Positions 39,898 through 48,944 of a DNA stretch of 64,000 bases are shown here, in pieces. How positions within the stretch are numbered: position 1 is the stretch's first letter; each line of letters starts with the position of its first letter. The notes beneath the pieces were generated by a model. That model saw only the letters and a list, made by a program, of their open reading frames with translations. It ran no database searches and was not told where the DNA came from. The translations under genes and the position numbers were made by a program. Source of the stretch: Methanobacteriota archaeon (GTDB lineage Archaea; Thermoplasmatota; Poseidoniia; Poseidoniales; Thalassarchaeaceae). The stretch is taken from contig PSPX01000005.1 of the NCBI GenBank assembly GCA_004195715.1, positions 200-64,199 on the forward strand. The letters are read 5' to 3'.

Positions 39898-41697
39898 CTA
39901 TGTCATCTCGAGTTCTAACGAGGCTGCTCTGCTTAGTTTGAACAGTCTCGTCCTACCCTGCTTCCTGACCGAGAGCAGGCCGGCTTTGCGCAGTCCGTTA
40001 AAAATCTGCGATAGTCGAGGCCTACCGACCTCGAGAAAGGCCTGTAGTTCCGGGTCCGAAGGCGATATTTCGCGTGCCTTGGCTGCTGCCAGCACGGTAC
40101 GCTCAGCATCGGAGACTGTCGCGGCTCGAGCACGGTTGAGAGGCTCGTCGACATCCCAAGCTGGTCCGAGGGGAATCGGGATTCGGGGAGGAGCAGATTC
40201 CGGCTCTTCAAACACTGGCTCCGACACTACGGCAGGAGGAGGGGAGTGATCGATGTCGAAGACTGGTTCGGGGCTGGTCTTTGGCTCCGCATCTAAGACA
40301 GGCAGGGATGAGCCGAGACTAGAGTCCACAGTCCAAAGGGCGCCCTCGGCAGCCATCACCGGCTGATCCTGAGTGGGTAGCACCGAGGTGTCTGGCTTGG
40401 CGTCGGTTACGAATGCAGGTTCAGGATTCGGCCTAGGAGGTGGCCTGATAGGAGCCGGTGTCAGTTGCGGCCGGTTCTCGGCGACCGTAATCGGAGTCTC
40501 GTCCGGGCCCTCCGGCATGGCTGCGCTGATTCTCTGTGATCTGTCGGCTAAGCCACTGAGTCCGCCGACGTGGCGAGGCTGTACCAGATGTTCAGTGCTC
40601 TCCTCGGTGAAGATGAAGGAATCCAGCGTCTCCTGGTTCTCCTCTGGAGGGGGCGACTGTGGCTCAGGCTCAGACTTGGGCACAGGCCCATCATCCCAGA
40701 TATCGTCTGGTTCAGGGAGTTCCTCGTCCCAATCGAACTCTTCAGATTGGCTCTCAGGTTCGGATTCATCCTCCCACAGGTCATCGGGCTCGACGTCCCA
40801 GTCCTCGCCGTCTTCGACTAGCTCGGGAACAGGTTCTGATTCTAGCTCGGGGACGGGGGAGGGTGCCTCTGGAGAATCTTCGTCCTCTTCCTGCACAATC
40901 CTCTGCCATCCGACCAGCCTCTCGAGTGTACCCTCGGAGCCGACACCTCGCCTTTCATCGATAAGCCCCCGGCACAAGCGCACCACTGCGCGTGGATTTC
41001 CTGCTGTGCTATCGTGGATGGCAGTCAAGAGGTCGGGGTTGATGATCCAGCGCTCACGGGCCTTCCTGCGCACGAGATTGTCGGCCAACTTCTGAATCTG
41101 CCCCTCTGATAGGCCATCAAGATGCTCGGGGGAATCGAACACATCGAACACCTCTTCGTCCAAGGAGGTCAGTTGTGCCGGTGTCAGCGTCACCAGAATC
41201 AGTGCCTTGAGCCTCTGCAACAGTGGCGTCATGCGCGCTAGGAAGTCATTCATAGGGGTATTTGAGGGGTAATCAAGGGCGATTAGAGGGAGTGGGCCTG
41301 TACTCTGCTCAAGCGTTTCAATCAGGCGCTCGCACATCTGTCCAGTGGACGGAGGAACATTGTGACCGATGAAATGAACGGCGATCTCGTTCATCACGGA
41401 GCTGACAGCCTCGTCCCGAGGCCAGAACTGGCCGACGAACTTCTTACTGACCTGAGAAGACAGGGCGTTTACCAGAGAGGTTCTACCGCTGCCTCGTTCC
41501 CCAACTAAAAGCACCATCCTCGGAGATTCGGAGATGATATGCTCCCTCAAGCGGGTCATCAGTGAATCGCGCCCGACTATGTCCTGGGCTCGCGTCGACT
41601 CGATTGGCCTGAGTTCGAAGGGGTTTCCTCGGAGAGGAGGTAGGTCGAGTAGAGAAACTGCCTCTCCCATCATTGCCCGAGCAGCGGGCTCTCTCAT
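39898..41697 (-). CDS. AAA-like NTPase domain (non-canonical Walker A GSGRTS) + long acidic Trp-containing linker + C-terminal winged-helix DNA-binding domain
   Basis: FELRPIE...VGRD...MVLLVGERGSGRTSL is an Arch-ATPase / Cdc6-like fold with R in place of the Walker A Lys. About 200 aa acidic low-complexity with DWD/DLWED/DIWDD motifs. C-terminal SQIFNGLRKAGLLSVRKQGRTRLFKL is HTH-like. Confidence 0.5.
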   Translation of the reverse strand: MREPAARAMMGEAVSLLDLPPLRGNPFELRPIESTRAQDIVGRDSLMTRLREHIISESPRMVLLVGERGSGRTSLVNALSSQVSKKFVGQFWPRDEAVSSVMNEIAVHFIGHNVPPSTGQMCERLIETLEQSTGPLPLIALDYPSNTPMNDFLARMTPLLQRLKALILVTLTPAQLTSLDEEVFDVFDSPEHLDGLSEGQIQKLADNLVRRKARERWIINPDLLTAIHDSTAGNPRAVVRLCRGLIDERRGVGSEGTLERLVGWQRIVQEEDEDSPEAPSPVPELESEPVPELVEDGEDWDVEPDDLWEDESEPESQSEEFDWDEELPEPDDIWDDGPVPKSEPEPQSPPPEENQETLDSFIFTEESTEHLVQPRHVGGLSGLADRSQRISAAMPEGPDETPITVAENRPQLTPAPIRPPPRPNPEPAFVTDAKPDTSVLPTQDQPVMAAEGALWTVDSSLGSSLPVLDAEPKTSPEPVFDIDHSPPPAVVSEPVFEEPESAPPRIPIPLGPAWDVDEPLNRARAATVSDAERTVLAAAKAREISPSDPELQAFLEVGRPRLSQIFNGLRKAGLLSVRKQGRTRLFKLSRAASLELEMT

Positions 41698-41737
41698 TCT
41701 TAATATTCACGCATTCTCACGCTTCTCAGATGGCGAT

Positions 41738-41877
41738 TTAACGCATTCTCGCGGTTTTCCGAGAGGGTTCGTTGGACCATTTTCACCCAGTGCTACGAAT
41801 GTGACAATTCGACGTTAACGCTTCACTAACGCTTTATTGATGCGTTAATAACCCGTTAATGGGTAGATTAACGCATT
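41738..41877. promoter_or_regulatory. Cluster of six TTAACGC(A/T)T-type repeats between the AAA-wHTH gene and hmgA
   Basis: TTAACGCATT at 41738-41747 and 41868-41877. TTAACGCATC on the minus strand at 41839-41848. TTAACGCTTC at 41815-41824. CTAACGCTTT at 41826-41835. TTAACGG (minus) at 41854-41860. Also ACGCATTCTC-ACGCTTCTC at 41709-41727. Confidence 0.4.
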
Positions 41878-41977
41878 TTCTGGAAGTGTTTTCTGGACTG
41901 CACTCCAGATCGCGAACAGGAACAAGGTCAATCGCAAACAGTTAGAAGCCAATTACGCCGGGCTTCAACCGATACAG

Positions 41978-43273
41978 ATGCCCGTCGACAGCAGCCGACT
42001 TGAAGGATTCTACAAGCTCTCTGTTTCAGAACGCAGAGAGGTGCTGGCTCGCACTGCCAAACTCACACCAGAGCAAGTAGAGGCATGGTCCTCTTCAGGT
42101 GAGCTTTCCGAAGATTCAGCAGATAGGATGATTGAGAATGTAATCGGGACCTACTCGCTGCCCATCGGAGTCGCTACCAACTTCATCATCGATGGCGAGC
42201 ACTATCTGATACCTTTCGTCCTTGAGGAACCAAGCGTGGTGGCCGCCGCCAGCAATATGGCAAAGAGGTGCCATGCCAATGGTGGATTCACCTCTGACAA
42301 CGATGATCCGGTGATGATTGGGCAAATCCAAGTTGTGGGTTGTGATGATCCAGAAGTTGCAAAGGCTTCAATCCTGGGAAAAAGCGGCGAATTAATCGAA
42401 TCTTGCAATGCTGTCGACCCGATTCTAGTCAAATTCGGAGGTGGATGTCGAGATATTCAAGCCAGAATAATAGAAACTGACTCCGGACCGATGGTCATTG
42501 TTCACATCCTGGTGGACTGTAGGGACGCCATGGGTGCAAACGCTGTCAACACCATGGCCGAGACCATCGCCCCAAAGATAGAAAGTATGACAGGTGGGAC
42601 AGTTATACTGCGCATAATCAGCAATCTTGCCGTGCACAGACTGGCTAGAGTGAGTGCTGTATTCAGCCCCAAGGAGTTGTCGGACAAGGGCGATGCGGGG
42701 CAGGGCTCCGAAGTCATAGAGGGAATACTGCAGGCATATCACTTCGCCAAGGCAGACCCGTTTCGCGCCACTACTCACAACAAGGGCATCATGAACGCGA
42801 TATCCCCCATAGCCCTCGCCTGCGGGCAGGACTGGCGGGCTGTGGAGTCCGGTGCTCACAGTTTCGCCGCGCACGAGAGAACCTACGGCTCGCTGACTCA
42901 CTGGGAGAAGGACGGTGAAGGTAATCTAGTGGGCTCGATCGAACTGCCGATGGCTGTTGGACTAGTAGGAGGTGCAGTGAGAGTGCATCCCGCAGCGCAA
43001 GCCAACGTGGCTCTGCTCGGAATCACTTCCGCCGACGAGCTCGCCAAGGTGATGGCGGCAGCGGGGTTGGCTCAGAACCTCGGTGCCTTGAGGGCGTTGG
43101 CGACAGTAGGTATCCAAGCCGGACACATGAAGCTCCATGTCCGGAACATGGCAGTGACTGCTGGTGCAGAGGGATTAGAGATTGATATCGTCGCAGCCCG
43201 ACTGCGAGAACAGGGCGGTAGAATCACCCAGAAGGCTGTCGAAGAGGAACTGGAGAATCTGAGAGCGGAGTGA
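41978..43273 (+). CDS. hmgA: Hydroxymethylglutaryl-CoA reductase, class II
   Basis: ENVIGTYSLPIGVATNFIIDGEHYLIPFVLEEPSVVAAASNMAKRCHANGGF closely follows the class II (mvaA-type) consensus. Confidence 0.85.
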   Translation: MPVDSSRLEGFYKLSVSERREVLARTAKLTPEQVEAWSSSGELSEDSADRMIENVIGTYSLPIGVATNFIIDGEHYLIPFVLEEPSVVAAASNMAKRCHANGGFTSDNDDPVMIGQIQVVGCDDPEVAKASILGKSGELIESCNAVDPILVKFGGGCRDIQARIIETDSGPMVIVHILVDCRDAMGANAVNTMAETIAPKIESMTGGTVILRIISNLAVHRLARVSAVFSPKELSDKGDAGQGSEVIEGILQAYHFAKADPFRATTHNKGIMNAISPIALACGQDWRAVESGAHSFAAHERTYGSLTHWEKDGEGNLVGSIELPMAVGLVGGAVRVHPAAQANVALLGITSADELAKVMAAAGLAQNLGALRALATVGIQAGHMKLHVRNMAVTAGAEGLEIDIVAARLREQGGRITQKAVEEELENLRAE

Positions 43274-43274
43274 T

Positions 43275-43898
43275 TCACTCCTCGACCTCTAGAGGCTCTT
43301 TCGTAACTGTGGCATCATCGGAGAACTCGTTGATTGTCAGTTGCTCCTCGGGAGCCAGTGAAGCGGCTAACTGAGCACTCGTCAGACCCATCTTGGATGC
43401 CTCTTCCCTAAACCACGTCCTAACCTTGCGGTACTCCACCTCGGGGCATCCAAAGTATTCGGCGAACCGGCGGGTAGTAGTGAGGCGCCTAGTCAGACCG
43501 TCCCTCCTGCGATTGATCAGGCCCATTTTAGCGAGGTCACGAACGTGGTCGTACGCCCTCTGTCCCAGCATATCCACCAACTGCGACTGGGCCATCGGCT
43601 GATGATAGGCCACCAGTGCAGCTGCTGGTAGTAGCCTCTGTGGGATGTCGGCGCGGAACGACTCAGGCAGATGAGGAGACAGAGTTGGTCTAACCTCGAA
43701 GATCCATCGACCGGCGACGTCAGTGAGTTGGAGCGCCGTCTCGCGGCGCCGGCGAATGGTGGCCTGTAGCTCGCGCAAGGCTGACTGGACCTCGCCCCGA
43801 GGTTTCTCGAGTAGTTCGGAGAGTTCCTCGACCGACATCGAGCGGCCAGCGCCGAATAGTATCGCCTCGAGTATAGTGGAAAGGGGCGTCTCAGACAT
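43275..43898 (-). CDS. scpB: Segregation and condensation protein B
   Basis: ILEAILFGAGRSMSVEEL tandem winged-helix pattern. Overlaps scpA by 8 nt. Confidence 0.7.
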   Translation of the reverse strand: MSETPLSTILEAILFGAGRSMSVEELSELLEKPRGEVQSALRELQATIRRRRETALQLTDVAGRWIFEVRPTLSPHLPESFRADIPQRLLPAAALVAYHQPMAQSQLVDMLGQRAYDHVRDLAKMGLINRRRDGLTRRLTTTRRFAEYFGCPEVEYRKVRTWFREEASKMGLTSAQLAASLAPEEQLTINEFSDDATVTKEPLEVEE

Positions 43899-44901
43899 CT
43901 GCGATGGCCTCCGCTGTCATAGACTTGGGGTGGAGTTTCTGAGAGAGAGTTGAGAAATCCTCATCCTCTGTCCACAGGTCTTTGAGAGTGATTTTGCCGT
44001 TACGTCCATTCTCCTGTTTCAAGTCGACATAACCTCTGTTCGTCAGGAACAGCGCTGAGACTAGGGCTGTCACCTGCGCCTCGGCCTCGGCTTCCTCCTT
44101 CGGTATTCCGGATTCAACCGACTTTGAGGAAATGTCCTCAACTAAATCCCCCAGTCCGATGGGTTTTCCAGTCCCTCTGGATCGTGTCTTCAGAGACTCC
44201 CATGTCCGCTGTAGATCACCCTCAAGGTCCTCGATATGGAGGCTACCACTGAATCTCTCCATAGCACGGGCGTTGGCTTCGCGGCGCTCCTTGGCTATCT
44301 CCTCGCGCAGACGCTGCTCGGCTGCGAGTCTGCCTGCGTCCTGCAGCCCCATCAGGAGCTCGCCGAGAGTAACTGGTCGGCTCTCGTCGCGGTGTATCCT
44401 GCCTTCGAACATCTGAGGCAGGGCCTCGTCGGCCGCACCGGTCAAGACACCGAGAGAGAAGTTGTAGTCGGCGTCGTCGAACTCTGACTCCCAGCCTCCG
44501 TCAAAGTCCCAGACTTCTTCTTCCTCGAAGTCGAAGGCATGCTCCTGCCTCTCCAACAGAGTAGAGGCCTGTCCTCGCAGGATGCACCAAGCCATCCTGA
44601 CAAGTCTGCCACAGGTCGGCAAATCGATGTTCTCGGACTCTTTTATCCTCTCGTTGAACATCTCGAGGAAAGAGCTGAGGTCGACATCCCACGGATCGAG
44701 GTCGCTGGACTGGAACAGTTGCAGGACGAGCGCCACCGAGCGATCAAATGGATCAATCAGGAATTGATGCTCGGCCTCCTCAAGGGTTGCGAGCTCGACC
44801 AGTCTGTCTAGGTATCTGCTGGTCTCGAGGTCGGTATCACTGCCCAGCATCCTCGCTACGATGTCGTCGCGCATGGTCTGGCCATCGAACACCGCCATCA
44901 T
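43891..44901 (-). CDS. scpA: Segregation and condensation protein A
   Basis: Position between smc and scpB. F(D)GP...LDLL-type N-terminal block and an acidic helical middle region. 4-nt overlap with smc. Confidence 0.65.
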   Translation of the reverse strand: MMAVFDGQTMRDDIVARMLGSDTDLETSRYLDRLVELATLEEAEHQFLIDPFDRSVALVLQLFQSSDLDPWDVDLSSFLEMFNERIKESENIDLPTCGRLVRMAWCILRGQASTLLERQEHAFDFEEEEVWDFDGGWESEFDDADYNFSLGVLTGAADEALPQMFEGRIHRDESRPVTLGELLMGLQDAGRLAAEQRLREEIAKERREANARAMERFSGSLHIEDLEGDLQRTWESLKTRSRGTGKPIGLGDLVEDISSKSVESGIPKEEAEAEAQVTALVSALFLTNRGYVDLKQENGRNGKITLKDLWTEDEDFSTLSQKLHPKSMTAEAIADV

Positions 44902-47900
44902 TCCGCCTCCTTCTGCTCTGCCTCGACCTCATCTTCGTTTTCCGATTCTACAAGATTCTGCTCAATCTCTTCGCGCTCCCCCATATCCTCGGTCCAGTCC
45001 TCAGTACGATCACGCAGAGACACGATTGTGCCACCCTCTGCCTCGATCTCTTCCTCTGCCTCAGTGGCTTCGATATCCACTCCCGCTCGTTCGGCAACGC
45101 CACCCAGGCTCTTCGGGGTGCCAAGTGGCTCGGGAGCTCGGAGCATGTCCTCCGGGTCTGGCAGTTCGGGCATCGCCTCGCGTTCGGCCTTGGCCAGCGC
45201 CTTGGCGTTTTTCTCGGCCTCGAATTCCTCTCCCATCTCAAGGGCAGCTGCCCTGTTAAAGTCGGTGATTAGGCGACTACGCCCATCGCCAGCGTGGGTG
45301 ATGCCGATGTGGTGATCGGCGAGAGTGAGACTGACCTTACGCAGAGTCACCATGAGGAACTGTGCTCGCTGGCTGCGCATCCTGCACAGGGACGCGATGC
45401 GCTCGGCGTTGAATGGGTCGAGATTCTGGTCGACTTCGTCAAGGTAGTAGAACGGACTAGGCTCGTAGTCTTGGATGGCGAATATCAGAGCCAGTGCGGC
45501 CATCGATTTCTCGCCGCCGGACAACTGGTTGCGACGGGTATTCTTGCTCTTGCCCGGAGGAACACACTGCATCTCCAAGCCGCCATCGAAGGGATTCTTC
45601 GGATTCTCCATCTGAAGTTTTCCGCTACCTGCAGGCTGCAGTATCTTGTAGACTCTCGAGAAGTTGCTGTTGACGTGATTGAACACAGCCATCAGCCTAG
45701 TCTTGCGTTCGTCCTCGAGTTGTACGGCTATCGAGACGAGATGTTCGCGCCGGCTGCGCAGCAACTTGCCATCCTCTACTAGCCCGGCGATGCGTTCGGC
45801 GGTGCTGTCGTACTGCTCTATGGCGAGCATGTTCACATCGCCGAGATGACCGAGGCGGCGCTCGAGCCCCTGCACGCTCTTCTCCGCCTCGGCCACAGTC
45901 GGCAGTTGCGCTTCTGGTGACGGGATTGGTATCCCGGAGCTCTCAAGTTCGGCGACTATCTCGTCAACCGCTTCGCGCTTCTGCTGGATTTGGATATTCA
46001 GGTCCTCTATACGGGACGCTAGGGTCTCCCTCTTCTGGGACAGTGTCTCAACTGATGCTCGCAGACTCGCTCGCTCGTCAACAATCTCATCCCTCCTTTC
46101 CTTGAGTGCCTGCTGCTCCTCATCGAACTGGGAAGCCTGTTCCCTGAGATCCTCAAGGTTGTCATTAGCCTCAACAATAGCCTTCTCCAACTCGGAGATT
46201 CTTGACTCTGCCTCAGACATAGCATTGAGCTTCTTATCAATTTGACGCTGGATGTCCGCGACGCGCCCGGATAGGATTTGCAAGCGCTCGTTCCCGTTGG
46301 AAATTGCTGATTCCGAGGCTAGCCGAGTACGCTCGGCCTCGGTCATTGTTCGCTCTGCCTCACGGAGCTTCTTCGATAGGTGATCGGGAGCGTGGTCCTG
46401 CAAGGCCTGGGCGGCTGCGGTCCTATCAGCGACTGCAGACTCGTAATTCTCCCTAGCCTCATCGGCCGCAGAACTAGCAGTGACTTGGGCCACCTCGCAA
46501 CGCTTGAACTCATCATTAGCTGCTACCACCTTCTTGCGGATATCGTCAACATCCCTCTGGGCCCGCTCAATGTCCGCCTTCCAATTGCGCAACTGCAGTG
46601 AGTGGTCGCCATCATCAAGGCCGTGTATCCTGTCGCGCAGGTTCTGCTGATTGGCTCGCAACTCCCTGAGAGCGGCCTCAATAGTGGAGTAGATGAGATT
46701 GGCCTCCTCGACCGCTGCTTCCAGTCTGTCTAGGCTCGACGAGACCGAGCCACCTCCGAATGCGTTTCGATTAGACTTGGAGGCAGAGCCCCCGGTCATC
46801 GCTCCAGAACTCTCGATTACCGAGCCGTCGAGAGTGACCAGCCTAACTCCGCCCATGTTACGTCGGGCTACTTCCATTGTGTCGACTAGGAGTGTGTTAC
46901 GCCCGGCGTACCTGACAGCAGTGTCAATCTCCGAATCGTACTCCAGCAGGTCGTGAGTGAAACCGACAACTCCGGGATTGTTGGCGACAATCAAGGAGCG
47001 CCCCCCTGGGCGGCTGGTGCTGAGTTTGTTGAGAGGTAGGAATGTGGCTCTGCCGCCTCCATTCTGCCTTAGCCAAGAAATACACTTGGCTGCGACATCG
47101 TCATCTGTGACGACGATGCTCCTGAGTCCGCCTCCGAAGGCGTTGGCCAGCGCTTCCCCGTGTGACGGGTCCTTCGGTGCGGTAAGCTCTCCGAGAGAGC
47201 CGAGTATCCCTTTCACATCGCCGCTCTGTCGGAGTTTGACGAGTGCTGCCAGCGTCACTGCTGAGCCATGGTTGTTGGCGCGACCCTCCTGGCGCGCTCT
47301 AGCCTTGTTCAAATCTCTCTCGGCATCCCTGACTCTAATCTCCGAGCGGTCCCTATCCCCTGCCAACTCGGCCTCCTGCCTCTGCATTCGGCGGAGCTCT
47401 TCAGCCAGAGAACTGCGATCGGTTGTAGGTTGGTCGCTCTGTAGGTCCTCGCCAACCAGTTCAAGGTCGTCGCGGACCATCGTGGCTTCCTCGAACTCCT
47501 CTTCGAGGTCAGCCAGTTTGCTCGAGGCTATCTGGGAGGTCTGTTCGGCCAAATCGGCGCTCAGTCTAGCCTCAGCATGAATCGTATGGGCCTCGTCCAC
47601 GGTTTCGGTGGCTTGACCGAGGATTCTCTTGAGTCCCCGGCCTGCCTTATCTCCGGACTCAATCGCCTCCCTTGCATCCCGCTCGTCCTCGAAGGCGCTC
47701 TTGAGTGACTTCTTGGCCTCTTCGAGGTCTTGGCTGGCATTCGTAAGTGCGTCTTCGGCCTGTTCGTGGGCCGACTGGGCTCCCTGTAGCTCTGTACGGA
47801 ACTCCTCGACCTCCTCTTCGGCGTCCTCGATAATGCTGCGCTGATCGCCAATCCTATCGCCTCCGGTCTCAATGTCGATCTGGTACTGGCGAATCTGTTC

Positions 47901-48812
47901 GAACAGGTCTCGGGCTTCACCGCCGGCAATCTCGTTGATGTCGGAATCTACCTTCACCAGCTCCTCGTCGAGCGCGAGTAGTCCTCTGTTGCCCTCGGTG
48001 ACTCTGCCACCGATGGTATCGATATTCTCTCGGTAGCGAGAGCTTTCCTCTCCTAACAGATGTACCTCTTCCGAGCGGTTCCTGTGCCTCGACTGATGCA
48101 GCGAGGTCCTAGACGTGTCCAACTCTTCCTTGAGCTCTTTGAACTTGAGTGCCTGCTCGCGTTCCTTACCTAGGTCATTGAGGCGCTTCTTCTGTTCGAC
48201 CTCAAACAGGTCGATGGTCCCGATGTTGTTCTCGACGTGTTTGCGCTGGGTGTTGGCCCGGCGGATCTCATCGTCGTAGGCGGTAACGCCAGCGACGGCC
48301 TCGAGAATCCCTCTTCTCTTGTGAGGGGTCATCGTGGCGAGGGTAGTGACATCGCCCTGCTTCACGATGTTGTAGCCACCAGCCCGCAGGCCCGCCTCGG
48401 CTAGGACCCGGCGCATTTCGGTTGCCGTGGAAGGTTCGTCGTTGATTCGGTAGGAAGAGATTGGAGCTCCCTTCCTGCCTAGTCTGACGGTCCTAGTGAA
48501 TCGGACCTCGTCGGTATCAATCCTCAGTCTCCTGCGGCTGCCGAGCTCGGGAGTGTTGCTGAATACTAGGCTGGCCGACATGTGTTTGGCGGGCCTGCCT
48601 CGTTTACCGCCGTTGAATATCAACTGAGTTACGTTGGCTGCCCTCAATGACTTCGTGGACTTCGGACCGAGAACGAACTCAAGAGCGTCCAAGGTGTTCG
48701 ACTTGCCCGAGCCATTCGGCCCGGTTATCGCTGTGAATCCCTCTTCAAGCGGAATTGTGACTTCGCCACCGAATGATTTGAAGTTCTCAAGTTCCATTCG
48801 AAGTAGATGCAT
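44898..48812 (-). CDS. smc: Chromosome segregation protein SMC with acidic C-terminal extension
   Basis: Walker A GPNGSGKSN. Hinge (GDVKGILGSLGEL). Signature LSGGEKSMAALALIFAIQ. Walker B YYLDEVDQNLD. About 170 extra acidic residues after the head domain. Confidence 0.95.
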   Translation of the reverse strand: MHLLRMELENFKSFGGEVTIPLEEGFTAITGPNGSGKSNTLDALEFVLGPKSTKSLRAANVTQLIFNGGKRGRPAKHMSASLVFSNTPELGSRRRLRIDTDEVRFTRTVRLGRKGAPISSYRINDEPSTATEMRRVLAEAGLRAGGYNIVKQGDVTTLATMTPHKRRGILEAVAGVTAYDDEIRRANTQRKHVENNIGTIDLFEVEQKKRLNDLGKEREQALKFKELKEELDTSRTSLHQSRHRNRSEEVHLLGEESSRYRENIDTIGGRVTEGNRGLLALDEELVKVDSDINEIAGGEARDLFEQIRQYQIDIETGGDRIGDQRSIIEDAEEEVEEFRTELQGAQSAHEQAEDALTNASQDLEEAKKSLKSAFEDERDAREAIESGDKAGRGLKRILGQATETVDEAHTIHAEARLSADLAEQTSQIASSKLADLEEEFEEATMVRDDLELVGEDLQSDQPTTDRSSLAEELRRMQRQEAELAGDRDRSEIRVRDAERDLNKARARQEGRANNHGSAVTLAALVKLRQSGDVKGILGSLGELTAPKDPSHGEALANAFGGGLRSIVVTDDDVAAKCISWLRQNGGGRATFLPLNKLSTSRPGGRSLIVANNPGVVGFTHDLLEYDSEIDTAVRYAGRNTLLVDTMEVARRNMGGVRLVTLDGSVIESSGAMTGGSASKSNRNAFGGGSVSSSLDRLEAAVEEANLIYSTIEAALRELRANQQNLRDRIHGLDDGDHSLQLRNWKADIERAQRDVDDIRKKVVAANDEFKRCEVAQVTASSAADEARENYESAVADRTAAAQALQDHAPDHLSKKLREAERTMTEAERTRLASESAISNGNERLQILSGRVADIQRQIDKKLNAMSEAESRISELEKAIVEANDNLEDLREQASQFDEEQQALKERRDEIVDERASLRASVETLSQKRETLASRIEDLNIQIQQKREAVDEIVAELESSGIPIPSPEAQLPTVAEAEKSVQGLERRLGHLGDVNMLAIEQYDSTAERIAGLVEDGKLLRSRREHLVSIAVQLEDERKTRLMAVFNHVNSNFSRVYKILQPAGSGKLQMENPKNPFDGGLEMQCVPPGKSKNTRRNQLSGGEKSMAALALIFAIQDYEPSPFYYLDEVDQNLDPFNAERIASLCRMRSQRAQFLMVTLRKVSLTLADHHIGITHAGDGRSRLITDFNRAAALEMGEEFEAEKNAKALAKAEREAMPELPDPEDMLRAPEPLGTPKSLGGVAERAGVDIEATEAEEEIEAEGGTIVSLRDRTEDWTEDMGEREEIEQNLVESENEDEVEAEQKEAE

Positions 48813-48832
48813 CCCCTCACCTTATCGCCGCA

Positions 48833-48941
48833 CGAAAAATCGTCGACGACATTTGCGCGCTCCCCCTCTGTCTGCCTATGAACGTTGAGGCGCCCATGCG
48901 AGCAGCACAACGATTACGGATGGGTCGAAAAATCGCCGACG
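48833..48941. repeat. Two 16-bp direct repeats CGAAAAATCG(T/C)CGACG in the smc upstream region
   Basis: Copies at 48833-48848 and 48926-48941 with 15/16 identity, 93 bp apart, 20-130 bp upstream of the smc start. Confidence 0.35.
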
Positions 48942-48944
48942 GCG

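Noticed and set aside
40373-41095. 240-aa Ser/Gly-rich ORF on the plus strand
   Set aside because: It lies entirely antisense to the acidic linker of the AAA-wHTH gene. Its low-complexity Ser-rich composition is what the reverse complement of GAx/GAC-rich (Asp/Glu) codons produces.
45028-47580. Several 95-207-aa plus-strand ORFs (45028, 45294, 46380, 46693, 46957, 47629)
   Set aside because: All are antisense within the well-supported smc gene. They are Ser/Ala/Arg-rich with no motifs, the typical GC-rich shadow ORFs.
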